This document shows, one piece after another, positions 31,986-40,756 of a DNA stretch of 64,000 bases. The notes under the pieces are model-generated. The model did no database searches. It was not told where the DNA came from and worked only from the letters and a program-made list of their open reading frames with translations. Source of the stretch: an uncultured Gemmatimonadales bacterium. GTDB taxonomy: Bacteria; Gemmatimonadota; Gemmatimonadetes; Gemmatimonadales; Gemmatimonadaceae. The stretch's first letter is position 1. The number at the start of each line of letters is the position of its first letter. A program made the position numbers and the translations under genes. Where the stretch lies: the NCBI GenBank assembly GCA_963850905.1, contig CAWKMU010000003.1, positions 2,496,001-2,560,000 of the forward strand, given 5' to 3'.

Positions 31986-32829
31986 ATCGACGGATCGCTG
32001 GCTGCAGGTCCGCGTCCGACCGGGGGCGGACGATGATGCGGTTCGCCGCGCGGCCCTTGTCACCGTCCTCGTCAATGCCGGTTCTGCCGGCGTCGTAGAG
32101 GACGGGCCCGCGCTCGTCGGGTATCTGCCCGAGGGTGCGGACGAGGCGGCGGTCGGCGCGTCGCTCGTCGGCGCCGATGACACCGCGACTATCGAGCTCT
32201 CGACGGCGGTGCCAGACGACTGGGTGCACCGGTGGCGCGAAGGAGTCCACGCGCATGAGGTCGGGCTCCTGCGAGTGTCACCCCCGTGGCTCGCTCGCGC
32301 GGCCGACGAGACGCGCACGGTCGTGATTGATCCCGGCATGGGGTTCGGGACAGGCGAGCACGCGAGCACTCGCGGAGTCCTTCGATTGCTCTCGAGCCTC
32401 GACCGCATAGGGGATCTCGTTGCGGATCTCGGCGCCGGAAGCGGCGTGCTCGCGATCGCCGCGGCGAAGCTCGGAGCGAGCCGCGTGGCGGCCATCGAGA
32501 TGGATCCCGACGCGATTGCCAACGCGCAGGCCAACGTCGACTCGAACCGCGTGGCGGATCGCGTGCGCGTCATTGCTGGCGATGCCCGGTCACTGCTGCC
32601 ACTCCTCGCACCGGTCGACCTGGTCACCGTTAACATCGCGTCGGCCGTGATCACGGAATTGCTGCCGGTCCTGCGCGCCGCGCTCGGACCCAAAGGGCGC
32701 GCGATCCTCGGAGGGATGCTCCTCGATGAGCGAGAGATGATGTGCGAGCGTCTGGCGGCGAATGGGTTGCGGCGTGAGGCCGACGATGTCGAGGATGATT
32801 GGTGGGCGACGATCGCCGCTCGGCCGTAG
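31986..32829 (+). CDS. prmA: Ribosomal protein L11 methyltransferase (start codon apparently corrupted, ATCGACG for ATGACG)
   Basis: IDPGMGFGTGEHASTR, DLGAGSGVLAIAAAKLGA; follows dnaJ. Confidence 0.9.
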
Positions 32830-33593
32830 CGCGATTCCTGGTCGCTGAGTCCTTCGCATCGGGCGCGACCGTCCCGCTCGGACGCGACGCTGCGCATCAC
32901 ATCCGCGTCCTCCGCGTTGCCGAAGGCAGCCGTGTTGGACTGACGACCGGCACTGGCCTGGTCGGCATCGGTTCGCTCGTGGGAGTCACGCGAACGGCGG
33001 CATCCGTTGCGGTCGAGGAGGTCCGGCACGTGGCGCGCGCACCCGCCGTTCACATGCTGGTGCCGGTCGCGGACCGGGAGCGGATGCTGTGGCTCGCCGA
33101 GAAGTGCACGGAGCTCGAAGCCACGAGCTGGCGTCCGATCGAGTGGCGACGCTCTTCCAGCGTGTCACCGCGCGGCTCGGGACCCGCCTTTCAGCTGCGT
33201 CTCGAGGGCCGCATGATCAGCGCGCTGACGCAATCGGGAGGCGCGTGGCTGCCCGAGGTGTGCGATGCGGCGCCGCTCGCGCAGGCGATCCGCGCGACAT
33301 CGGTCGGCACGCGCGTGGTGCTCGACCCCGCGGGGCCACCGCTGCTCCACCTGGGCTCGTCCGGGCTGCGTGAGCCGGTCTCGATCGCCGTGGGACCGGA
33401 GGGCGGCATTGAAGAGACCGAGCACGCGCAGCTCGCCGACGCCGGATTCGTGCGCGCCTCGCTCGGCGATACTATTCTGCGATTCGAGACCGCAGGCGTG
33501 GCGGCGCTCGCAGTCGTGCGTGCTGCGATGGCATCGGATCGCCGCGCGACCCCTGCCAGTGTCCTTTGCCCGGAGCGTGGCGATGGCGAGTGA
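32799..33593 (+). CDS. rsmE: 16S rRNA m3U1498 methyltransferase
   Basis: HHIRVLR, EKCTEL, VGPEGG, LGDTILRFETA. Confidence 0.93.
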   Translation: MVGDDRRSAVARFLVAESFASGATVPLGRDAAHHIRVLRVAEGSRVGLTTGTGLVGIGSLVGVTRTAASVAVEEVRHVARAPAVHMLVPVADRERMLWLAEKCTELEATSWRPIEWRRSSSVSPRGSGPAFQLRLEGRMISALTQSGGAWLPEVCDAAPLAQAIRATSVGTRVVLDPAGPPLLHLGSSGLREPVSIAVGPEGGIEETEHAQLADAGFVRASLGDTILRFETAGVAALAVVRAAMASDRRATPASVLCPERGDGE

Positions 33594-33930
33594 CCCCGGC
33601 TGCCTGTTCTGTCGCATTGTGCGCGGTGAGATTCCCGCGCAGATCGAGTACGAGACGCCAACCCTCGTCGCGATCCGCGACATCAATGCGCAAGCGCCCG
33701 TGCATATTCTCATCCTGCCGCGCGACCATCTCTCGTCGCTCAACGATGTGCGCGACCCCGGCCTCGTCGGCGAGCTCGCCGCCGCCGCTACCGCGATCGC
33801 CCGTCGCGACGGCTTCGCCGACAACGGCTATCGCACGGTCGTGAATACGAACAAGGACGGGGGCCAGACGGTGGGCCATCTGCATATGCATCTGCTGGCT
33901 GGGAGGCGGATGGGCTGGCCGCCGGGTTAG
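33583..33930 (+). CDS. Histidine triad nucleotide-binding protein (HinT-like)
   Basis: CLFCRIVRGEIP, DINAQAPVHIL, GQTVGHLHMHLLAGR.MGWPPG. Confidence 0.94.
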   Translation: MASDPGCLFCRIVRGEIPAQIEYETPTLVAIRDINAQAPVHILILPRDHLSSLNDVRDPGLVGELAAAATAIARRDGFADNGYRTVVNTNKDGGQTVGHLHMHLLAGRRMGWPPG

Positions 33931-33934
33931 GCTG

Positions 33935-34200
33935 AACGGCGGGGTCAGGGGTCAGGGATCGGGGAACGGCAACGACGACCGTCAACGGCTGGGCGGGCTG
34001 AAGCCCGCCCCTACATGTCGGCACGGATAGCTCGCAACGGAGCGCCATTCGGCGGCCCGAGGATGTGCGTCGACGAATCGAGGTCTGACATCCCACAACG
34101 ACATGTAGGGGCGGCCTTTAGGCCGCCCATCCTGACGGCCACAGCCCGTTGGTGTTGTTGCGGTTGTCGTTCCTGACCCCTAACCCCTGACCCCGCCGTT
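33935..34200. mobile_element. Composite MITE/REPIN-like palindromic element (heptamer arms plus inverted GTAG REP doublet)
   Basis: 17-bp perfect terminal IR AACGGCGGGGTCAGGGG / CCCCTGACCCCGCCGTT, extending imperfectly to about 39 bp; REPs at 33991-34014 and 34105-34128. Confidence 0.75.
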
Positions 34201-34205
34201 TGCCC

Positions 34206-35036
34206 TCAGATCTCCAACAGCGCCAACTCAGGCCTCGACCCGATCCGAAAGGGCGGCCCCGAATTCCCCAGCCCGCGACTCACGTACAAGGCATGCCTGG
34301 CATCGGCCGACGTGTACGTCCCCTTCACGTAGCGACCGCTCCCCTCGGGGAGCACGAGCGCAAAGCCGAAGGGGGCGATCTGGCCACCGTGGGTGTGCCC
34401 GGCCAGCACGGCGGTTCCGCGTTTGGCCACCCGCGAGACCGCGTCAAAGCCCACTGGGCAGTGACACATGACAACCGCAGGGATCGCGTCCGCTCCCACC
34501 ACGGGCAGCGACGAAACGAGGTCGTAGTCGGGCGAGCCTGCGCGCCAATCGTCGAGCCCGATCAGGTCTACTGGGCCGCCCGCGCCTGCGTCGAGCCGGA
34601 CGGTCTCGTTGACGAGGAGCCGAACGCCGGCGCGTTCGTACTCCCGGCGCAGGCGCCGCAAGTCACATTCTCCCTGGTACTCCCAGTTACCCAGGGTGGC
34701 GAACTTCCCGAGCCTGGCTGGGAGGTCGGCGTAGCGATGGACGAGGGGTTCGTCGCCTCGGCGGTCCACGGCGTCGCCCGCGATGCATACAAGGTCCGGC
34801 TGGAATCCGCCGGTGGCGGCGATCAATTCGTCCTGATCGATCCAGTTGTGGGGGCCATGCATGTCGGTCAGCAGCGCAACTCGCAGGCGCTGGCTACGTT
34901 GCGTGGCACCTGGCAACGTCGTCCGCGTCGAGTCGAGACCGTTGGACGACGCCCCATACAGCGACAGGAGAGCGACCCCACCAGCCGTAGCGACAAACTC
35001 CCGGCGAGTAAGCCGATGGGAGGGCAGGGAAGGCAT
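34206..35036 (-). CDS. Calcineurin-like metallophosphoesterase with twin-arginine signal (YkuE-like)
   Basis: TRREFV Tat motif; DMH, GDAVD, GNWE, AGHTHGGQ, YVSRGLG, PFRIGSRPE. Confidence 0.88.
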   Translation of the reverse strand: MPSLPSHRLTRREFVATAGGVALLSLYGASSNGLDSTRTTLPGATQRSQRLRVALLTDMHGPHNWIDQDELIAATGGFQPDLVCIAGDAVDRRGDEPLVHRYADLPARLGKFATLGNWEYQGECDLRRLRREYERAGVRLLVNETVRLDAGAGGPVDLIGLDDWRAGSPDYDLVSSLPVVGADAIPAVVMCHCPVGFDAVSRVAKRGTAVLAGHTHGGQIAPFGFALVLPEGSGRYVKGTYTSADARHALYVSRGLGNSGPPFRIGSRPELALLEI

Positions 35037-35060
35037 GGCCAAATATACTCGCGTTCGTGC

Positions 35061-35090
35061 TTGACACCCACTGGCTAAGCGTCCTAATTT
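35061..35090 (+). promoter_or_regulatory. Sigma70-type promoter of the rpsU operon
   Basis: TTGACA-18 nt-TAATTT. Confidence 0.65.
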
Positions 35091-35157
35091 CTTAGGCTTA
35101 CACTTTTCTCGGCACCCTGCAGATGGGTGCCTTCATTATCCCATGGAGGCCGCACGT

Positions 35158-35346
35158 TTGTCTGAAGTCATCATTCATGACGATGAGAATTTTGAACGCG
35201 CGCTGAAGCGGTTCAAAAAGAAGTGCGAGAAAGCCGGGATCCTGTCCGATCTACGCAAACACCGGCACTACGAGAAACCGAGCGAGCGCCGCAAGCGCAA
35301 GATGAACGCGGCGATGCGGAAAAACCGCCGGAGCCGGCACGCCTAG
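35158..35346 (+). CDS. rpsU: 30S ribosomal protein S21 (TTG start after GGAGG; ATG 35143 is an alternative)
   Basis: [20 protein letters not shown]...[11 protein letters not shown]. Confidence 0.96.
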   Translation: MSEVIIHDDENFERALKRFKKKCEKAGILSDLRKHRHYEKPSERRKRKMNAAMRKNRRSRHA

Positions 35347-35790
35347 ATGTCTGCACTGATGGCGCGGTTACAGGAAGATCTTGTAACCGCACGCAAGGGG
35401 CAGGACAAGCCTTCCACGCTGTTGCTCAGCACCATCCTCGCAGACATCAAGAATCGGCGCATCGAGTTGATGCGCCAGCCGACGGACGATGAGGTCATCG
35501 AAGTCCTGCGGCGAGGCATCAAGCGCAGGCGCGAGTCAATCGAGGCGTACCAGAAGGGAGCCCGCGCCGACCTGGTTGCCAAAGAACAATTCGAAGTCGA
35601 CCGGCTCGAGCGTTACCTCCCGGCACCGGTCTCCCCGGATGTGATCCGCGCAGCCGCACGCGCGGCCATCGCGGGCGGTGCGACGACCATTGGCGCCGTC
35701 ATGGGCAAGGTGCTGCCGCAATTCAAGGGGCAAGCGGACGGCAGTGTGATCAGTACCATCGTGCGCGAGGAGCTCGCGGCACGCGGGTGA
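35347..35790 (+). CDS. GatB/YqeY domain protein
   Basis: KRRRESIEAYQKGARADL..E..L..YLP, GAVMGKV, KGQADG; follows rpsU. Confidence 0.9.
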   Translation: MSALMARLQEDLVTARKGQDKPSTLLLSTILADIKNRRIELMRQPTDDEVIEVLRRGIKRRRESIEAYQKGARADLVAKEQFEVDRLERYLPAPVSPDVIRAAARAAIAGGATTIGAVMGKVLPQFKGQADGSVISTIVREELAARG

Positions 35791-35809
35791 CGTTGCACAG
35801 CGTCCAATC

Positions 35810-38206
35810 ATGAACGCTCACGCGCTGGATGTCTTGGAGCTTTCCCGGGCACTGGCGCTCGTCGCGGAACGTGCGGTCGCGGGGCTCGCCGCGCAACGCA
35901 TCCGGAACACGCAACCCACATCCGATCGCCGCATCATCGACCACGAGCTCGCCCGCGTCAGCGCCGCGCGCACGCTGAGCACGAGCGAGCATCCCTGGTC
36001 GCCGGAGGCCACTCCGGATCTCGTGCGTCCGCTCCAGCGCCTCGGCATCCCTGGAGCGCCATGGACCGGTCTCGAGTTGCGTGGTGCGCTGACATTGCTC
36101 GGCGCGAGCCGCCGAACGCGAGACACGCTGAGCGATGAGCGGCGACCTCCAGTGGCGCGTGCGGTTCTGGCAGATGTGCGCGAGCGGCTCGTCGGCAAGG
36201 TCGATGCGGAACGGAGCATTGACCGGGCGATCGCCGAGGATGGGACGGTTCGAGATGAGGCGTCGCCGCTCCTGCGTCGCGTGCGTCGGGAGTTGCGGGG
36301 GGCCGAGGGCGAACTGGTGGCGTTACTCGAGCGAATCATGTCGCGGCTCGAGGCGCATCAGCAGGTGGGCGACGCGTCAGTGACCGTCCGCAACGGGCGA
36401 TACGTCATTCCGATTCGCCGTGAAGCGCGTACCGTCGTCGGGGGAATCGTTCAGGATACCTCGGCGACCGGCGCCACGCTCTTCGTTGAACCGCCGGCCG
36501 CCGTCGAGGCAGGGAACCGCATTCGAGAGCTCGAGGCTGAGGAACGGCGCGAGGTGGATCGCATTCTGGCGGACCTGACCGACGAGCTGCGCCCGCTCGC
36601 ACCCGCGCTTCAGGAGACGCTCGACGCCTTGGTCGATCTCGACACGCTGCATGCCCGGGCGCGCTTCGCGGATGATTTCCACTGCACCGTGCCGGACCTG
36701 GGCTCCCCGACCGACGGATTCGTGATTCGGCAGGGGCGCCACCCACTACTGCTGGCGCAGGACGTGCCCGTGGTGCCATTCGACCTGACGATGGAGCCAT
36801 CGGAGCGCACGCTCCTCATCAGTGGTCCGAACACCGGCGGCAAGACGGTGCTGCTCAAATCCGTCGCGTTATGCTCGGTTCTCGTCCAGTGCGGCATTCC
36901 GTCCCCGGTCGGCCCCGCGAGCCGCATCGCGGTCTTTGATGATGTGTTTGCGGACGTCGGCGACGAGCAATCGATCCAGGCGAGCCTGTCGACCTTCAGC
37001 GCACACGTGCGGAATCTCGGCGACATCCTCGCGCGAGCGACGCCCAAGTCCCTCGTGCTGATCGACGAGTTGGGGTCGGGGACGGACCCGCTCGAGGGGG
37101 CGGCGCTCGGAGGCGCGGTGCTCGAGGCACTGACGGCACGCGGCACGATGACGCTTGCCACGACGCACCTGGGCGCGTTGAAGGAGCTCGCCACAGAGGT
37201 CCCGGGTGTCGTGAACGGGTCGCTCGAGTTCGACGCGGCGCGGCTTGCCCCTACGTATCGGTTCATCAAGGGAGTGCCGGGGCGGTCGTACGGATTGCGC
37301 ATCGCCCGTCGCCTGGCCCTGCCGGAGGAAGTCATCGCCCGGGCCGAAGAGCGCGTTCCTAAGGTGGAGCGTGACGTCGAAGCTTTGCTGGCGGACCTGC
37401 AGCAGCGCGCCTCCGATCTCGCCGAGCGGGAACAGACGGCGGCGCAGTCGCTCGCGAATGCGTCCGATCGCTCGACGCGGGTCGACGCGCGAGAACGCGC
37501 GGTGCGAGAGCGGGAGCGCGAGGTCGAGCGGCGGTCCCGTCAGGAGGCGCGCCAGTATCTGCTCAACGCGCGCGCGCAGATCGAGCAGGTCGTGCGCGAT
37601 TTGCAGGCGGCGCCAAGCAGGAGCGACGACACCACGGAAGAAGCGCGACGGGCACGACAGCGGGTCGAGCAGCTCGCCGGCGAGCAGGCGCAGGCCCTTG
37701 CCGATCTCGATGCGGCCGCCGCCTCTCCGCCCCCGGCTCAGGAGGCGCCGCGCGCCCGCCCATCGGTATTGGCCGTTGGGGACACGGTGGAGGTGCCGTT
37801 GCTGGGTGGCCGCGCCGCGCGGCTCGTCGACCTACACGACGAGGAGGCCGTGGTGGCGTTTGGCGGCATGCGGATGCGCGTTCCAGCGAGTACACTGCGT
37901 CGTGCCGCCCAAGCTGCGCCCCAGATCGCCGTGCCCGTGGCCGCCGAGGTACCGGAGATTCACGCGAGCTCGGAGATCGACGTCAGGGGCATGCGTGTCC
38001 TCGAGGTCGAAGAGATCGTGATGCAAGCCATCGACGCGGCCGTACGGGCCGACCTGCCGGAGCTTCGGATCATCCACGGAAAGGGGACCGGGGCTCTCCG
38101 TGAACGGGTGGGCGAGATGCTGCGTAAGGATTCGCGGGTGCGAGTCGTTCGCCTCGGGGCGTGGAACGAGGGCGGTGCGGGCGTGACCGTCGCGGAGCTA
38201 GCCTGA
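35810..38206 (+). CDS. mutS2: Endonuclease MutS2
   Basis: ISGPNTGGKTV, DVGDEQSIQASLSTFSAH, DELGSGTDP.EG, C-terminal Smr domain IIHGKGTGALR. Confidence 0.95.
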   Translation: MNAHALDVLELSRALALVAERAVAGLAAQRIRNTQPTSDRRIIDHELARVSAARTLSTSEHPWSPEATPDLVRPLQRLGIPGAPWTGLELRGALTLLGASRRTRDTLSDERRPPVARAVLADVRERLVGKVDAERSIDRAIAEDGTVRDEASPLLRRVRRELRGAEGELVALLERIMSRLEAHQQVGDASVTVRNGRYVIPIRREARTVVGGIVQDTSATGATLFVEPPAAVEAGNRIRELEAEERREVDRILADLTDELRPLAPALQETLDALVDLDTLHARARFADDFHCTVPDLGSPTDGFVIRQGRHPLLLAQDVPVVPFDLTMEPSERTLLISGPNTGGKTVLLKSVALCSVLVQCGIPSPVGPASRIAVFDDVFADVGDEQSIQASLSTFSAHVRNLGDILARATPKSLVLIDELGSGTDPLEGAALGGAVLEALTARGTMTLATTHLGALKELATEVPGVVNGSLEFDAARLAPTYRFIKGVPGRSYGLRIARRLALPEEVIARAEERVPKVERDVEALLADLQQRASDLAEREQTAAQSLANASDRSTRVDARERAVREREREVERRSRQEARQYLLNARAQIEQVVRDLQAAPSRSDDTTEEARRARQRVEQLAGEQAQALADLDAAAASPPPAQEAPRARPSVLAVGDTVEVPLLGGRAARLVDLHDEEAVVAFGGMRMRVPASTLRRAAQAAPQIAVPVAAEVPEIHASSEIDVRGMRVLEVEEIVMQAIDAAVRADLPELRIIHGKGTGALRERVGEMLRKDSRVRVVRLGAWNEGGAGVTVAELA

Positions 38207-38207
38207 G

Positions 38208-40058
38208 ATGATTCCGGACGACGTCGTGGAGCGGGTAAGGGAAGAGGCCGATATCGTCCAGATCATTGGCGAGCACGTCGCACTGAAGCGGGTTGGCACC
38301 GACTACCGGGGGCCCTGTCCATTCCATCAGGGAACGCACCCCAACTTCTCGGTGTCGACCCGAAAGCGCATGTACTATTGCTTCGTGTGCCACGAGCACG
38401 GAGACGTATTCAACTTCTTGTCCAAGCGTCTTGGGCTGGACTGGCCGTCGGCGGTTCGCCTCGCGGCAGAGAAGTCCGGCATCGAGGTGCCGGCGACCGA
38501 GACCCGGCGTGCCGGCCCGGACCCGCGCGAACCGCTCTGGGAAGTCACCGCGAGCGCGGCCGAATACTTTCGCCGCATGCTCTGGGATGACGACGGCGGC
38601 CGAGTGGCACGCCAGTATCTCGAGAGTCGCAGCATCGATCGGGAGACATCGGACCGCTTCGGTATCGGCTACGCGCCGAGTCCGATAGGCCTCATGCGAA
38701 GCTACCTGAACAGGCTTGGTTTCGAGGACGCGCGCTTGACCGAGGCTGGCCTGCTGTCACAGCCTGAAGACGGTCGCGAGCCGCGGCCACGCTTTCGCGG
38801 ACGGCTGATATTCCCGATCTTCGATGCGGTCGGCCACACCGTTGGATTCGGCGGTCGGATCCTCGGGCCGGGCGACGTCAAATACGTCAACTCTCCTGAA
38901 TCGGCCATCTTTGCGAAACGGCGGCTGCTGTACGGCCTCAATTGGGCAAAATTCGCGATCCGCCGCGATGAACGCATCCTCGTCGTCGAAGGGTACTTCG
39001 ATGTGGTGCGCCTGATGGCGGCGGGGCTCGAATGCGTGGTGGCGCCGCTGGGGACCGCCCTCACGGCGGAGCAGGCAGAGTTGATCGCCCGGTACACGAA
39101 GCAGGCATTCTTGATCTATGACAACGATCGCGCGGGGCTGCGGGCGACATTCCGGACGGCGGGCGAGCTGCTGCGCCGCAGCGTAGCGGTGCGGGTTGTC
39201 ACTCTGCCCGAGGGTGAGGATCCTGACACGTTTGTGGGCGCCCATGGACGCGACCAGATGGAAACGCAAATTCGCGCGGCCGTCGACGTGCTCGAGCGCG
39301 AGATCCAGATTCTGCACGGTGCGCACTGGTTTCGGGACCTGCATAACAAGCGGCGTGCGATCGACCGCCTCCTGCCAACCATTCGCGCCGCGGCGGATCC
39401 CATCCTGCGTGACCTGTACGTGACCCGGGCGAGCGAGGCTGCGGGAGTGCCAAAGTCCTTGCTCTGGCGAGAGGTCGGTGGAGAGGTCGAGGTGCCGGCG
39501 ACGCCGCGCGCTGAGCGTGCGGAGCCCCGTTCGCCTCGCGCCAATGGAGACCACACGCCAAAGACTGCCAGCTCGGTGGCCGACCCGGCCGGCGGCACGG
39601 CGGCCGAGCGCGAGCTCGTGCGCTGGTTGATCGCGAGCCCGGAGCAGATCGAGCGAACGGCCGAGCGCATCGGACCGGACGTGATCCGCAATGCGGACCT
39701 CCGGGTGATCTACGAGGAGTTGATCCGGTTGGGAGCGACTGCGACGCCGGAGGCGCTTGCTGTCGCGCTGCCGCCGGACGCCGCCGCCGAAGTGGCAGCG
39801 CTGGTCGCCGGGACATTCACAGGGGCCGATCCGGCGCGAGTGATAGAGGACAGCCTCGCGGTGCTGCGGGTGCGGGATCTGTCCGACCGGCTCGCGGAGA
39901 TTGATCGTCTCGTTGGGCTGGGATCGCGTGAGGAACAGCGGGCATTGATGGCGGAGAAGCTCCGCATTATGGCTGAAGTGCGTGGGTTACGTGGTCGAGG
40001 GTTCAAGCGGTATGGAAAGTCGCGATTGTCGCTGAGGAGGAACGACGGTGCACCCTGA
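38208..40058 (+). CDS. dnaG: DNA primase
   Basis: CPFH zinc finger, RFRGRLIFPI, KYVNSPES, VEGYFD, PLGTALT, YDND, LPEGEDPD. Confidence 0.96.
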   Translation: MIPDDVVERVREEADIVQIIGEHVALKRVGTDYRGPCPFHQGTHPNFSVSTRKRMYYCFVCHEHGDVFNFLSKRLGLDWPSAVRLAAEKSGIEVPATETRRAGPDPREPLWEVTASAAEYFRRMLWDDDGGRVARQYLESRSIDRETSDRFGIGYAPSPIGLMRSYLNRLGFEDARLTEAGLLSQPEDGREPRPRFRGRLIFPIFDAVGHTVGFGGRILGPGDVKYVNSPESAIFAKRRLLYGLNWAKFAIRRDERILVVEGYFDVVRLMAAGLECVVAPLGTALTAEQAELIARYTKQAFLIYDNDRAGLRATFRTAGELLRRSVAVRVVTLPEGEDPDTFVGAHGRDQMETQIRAAVDVLEREIQILHGAHWFRDLHNKRRAIDRLLPTIRAAADPILRDLYVTRASEAAGVPKSLLWREVGGEVEVPATPRAERAEPRSPRANGDHTPKTASSVADPAGGTAAERELVRWLIASPEQIERTAERIGPDVIRNADLRVIYEELIRLGATATPEALAVALPPDAAAEVAALVAGTFTGADPARVIEDSLAVLRVRDLSDRLAEIDRLVGLGSREEQRALMAEKLRIMAEVRGLRGRGFKRYGKSRLSLRRNDGAP

Positions 40059-40752
40059 TGTCCAGGCGTTGTTGGCGCTCCAGGTCGAAGACTTGGCTAT
40101 TCGTGAGATCGAAAGCCGGCGGGCGGCTCTCGAGCCCAAGCTGCGGGAGTTGGAGACCACCCGGCGTGCGACGGCAGAGGCCGCGACGCGCGCCCGCGAG
40201 GTGGTCCTGGTGGAAGAGAAAAGCCAGCGCGAGCTGCAAACCCGCATCGCACAGCACAAGGCGCTGCACGAGCGCAATGTGGCGCAGCTCGACTCGGTGA
40301 AACGGATCCGTGAAGCCACGGCCGCCGTCGCACAGGTCGAGCAGGCGCGGCGCATTCTGGCGGAGGAAGAGAGCGCCCTTCAGACGATTTCGCGGCGCCT
40401 CGTCGAGTTACGGGCCGCGGCGGAGGCGCGTGAGCGTGCCCTGGCCGAGCTCGAGGCGCAGCAGGAGGTCGACCGCCTCGCGATCGAAGAGGCCCGAGGC
40501 GAGGTCGAGGACGAGTTGGCGGCCCGGCGCGCCGCTCGCGCCGGGTCCGCGACCCAGGTCGAGCGCTCGCTCCTGCAGAAGTACGACCGCATCCGCTCGG
40601 CGAGACACGACGGCGCGATCTTTCCCTTGCGTGGTCCATCTTGCGGCCACTGCGATACGAGCGTTCCCCTCCAGCGTCGGAACTTGATGTCGGCGCGCGG
40701 CTCGATCGAGGTGTGCGAGACATGCGGTGTGCTTCTATACGCCGTAACTTGA
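40048..40752 (+). CDS. Coiled-coil protein with C4-type zinc ribbon (DUF164-like)
   Basis: Long coiled coil, then CGHC...CETCGVLLY. Confidence 0.85.
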   Translation: MHPDVQALLALQVEDLAIREIESRRAALEPKLRELETTRRATAEAATRAREVVLVEEKSQRELQTRIAQHKALHERNVAQLDSVKRIREATAAVAQVEQARRILAEEESALQTISRRLVELRAAAEARERALAELEAQQEVDRLAIEEARGEVEDELAARRAARAGSATQVERSLLQKYDRIRSARHDGAIFPLRGPSCGHCDTSVPLQRRNLMSARGSIEVCETCGVLLYAVT

Positions 40753-40756
40753 AGGC

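Noticed and set aside
28547..32829. Frameshifts in hemW and dnaJ, and the missing prmA start
   Set aside because: Each is repaired by removing one base (for example ATCGACG to ATGACG), consistent with insertion errors; the same applies to rsmA and xseA
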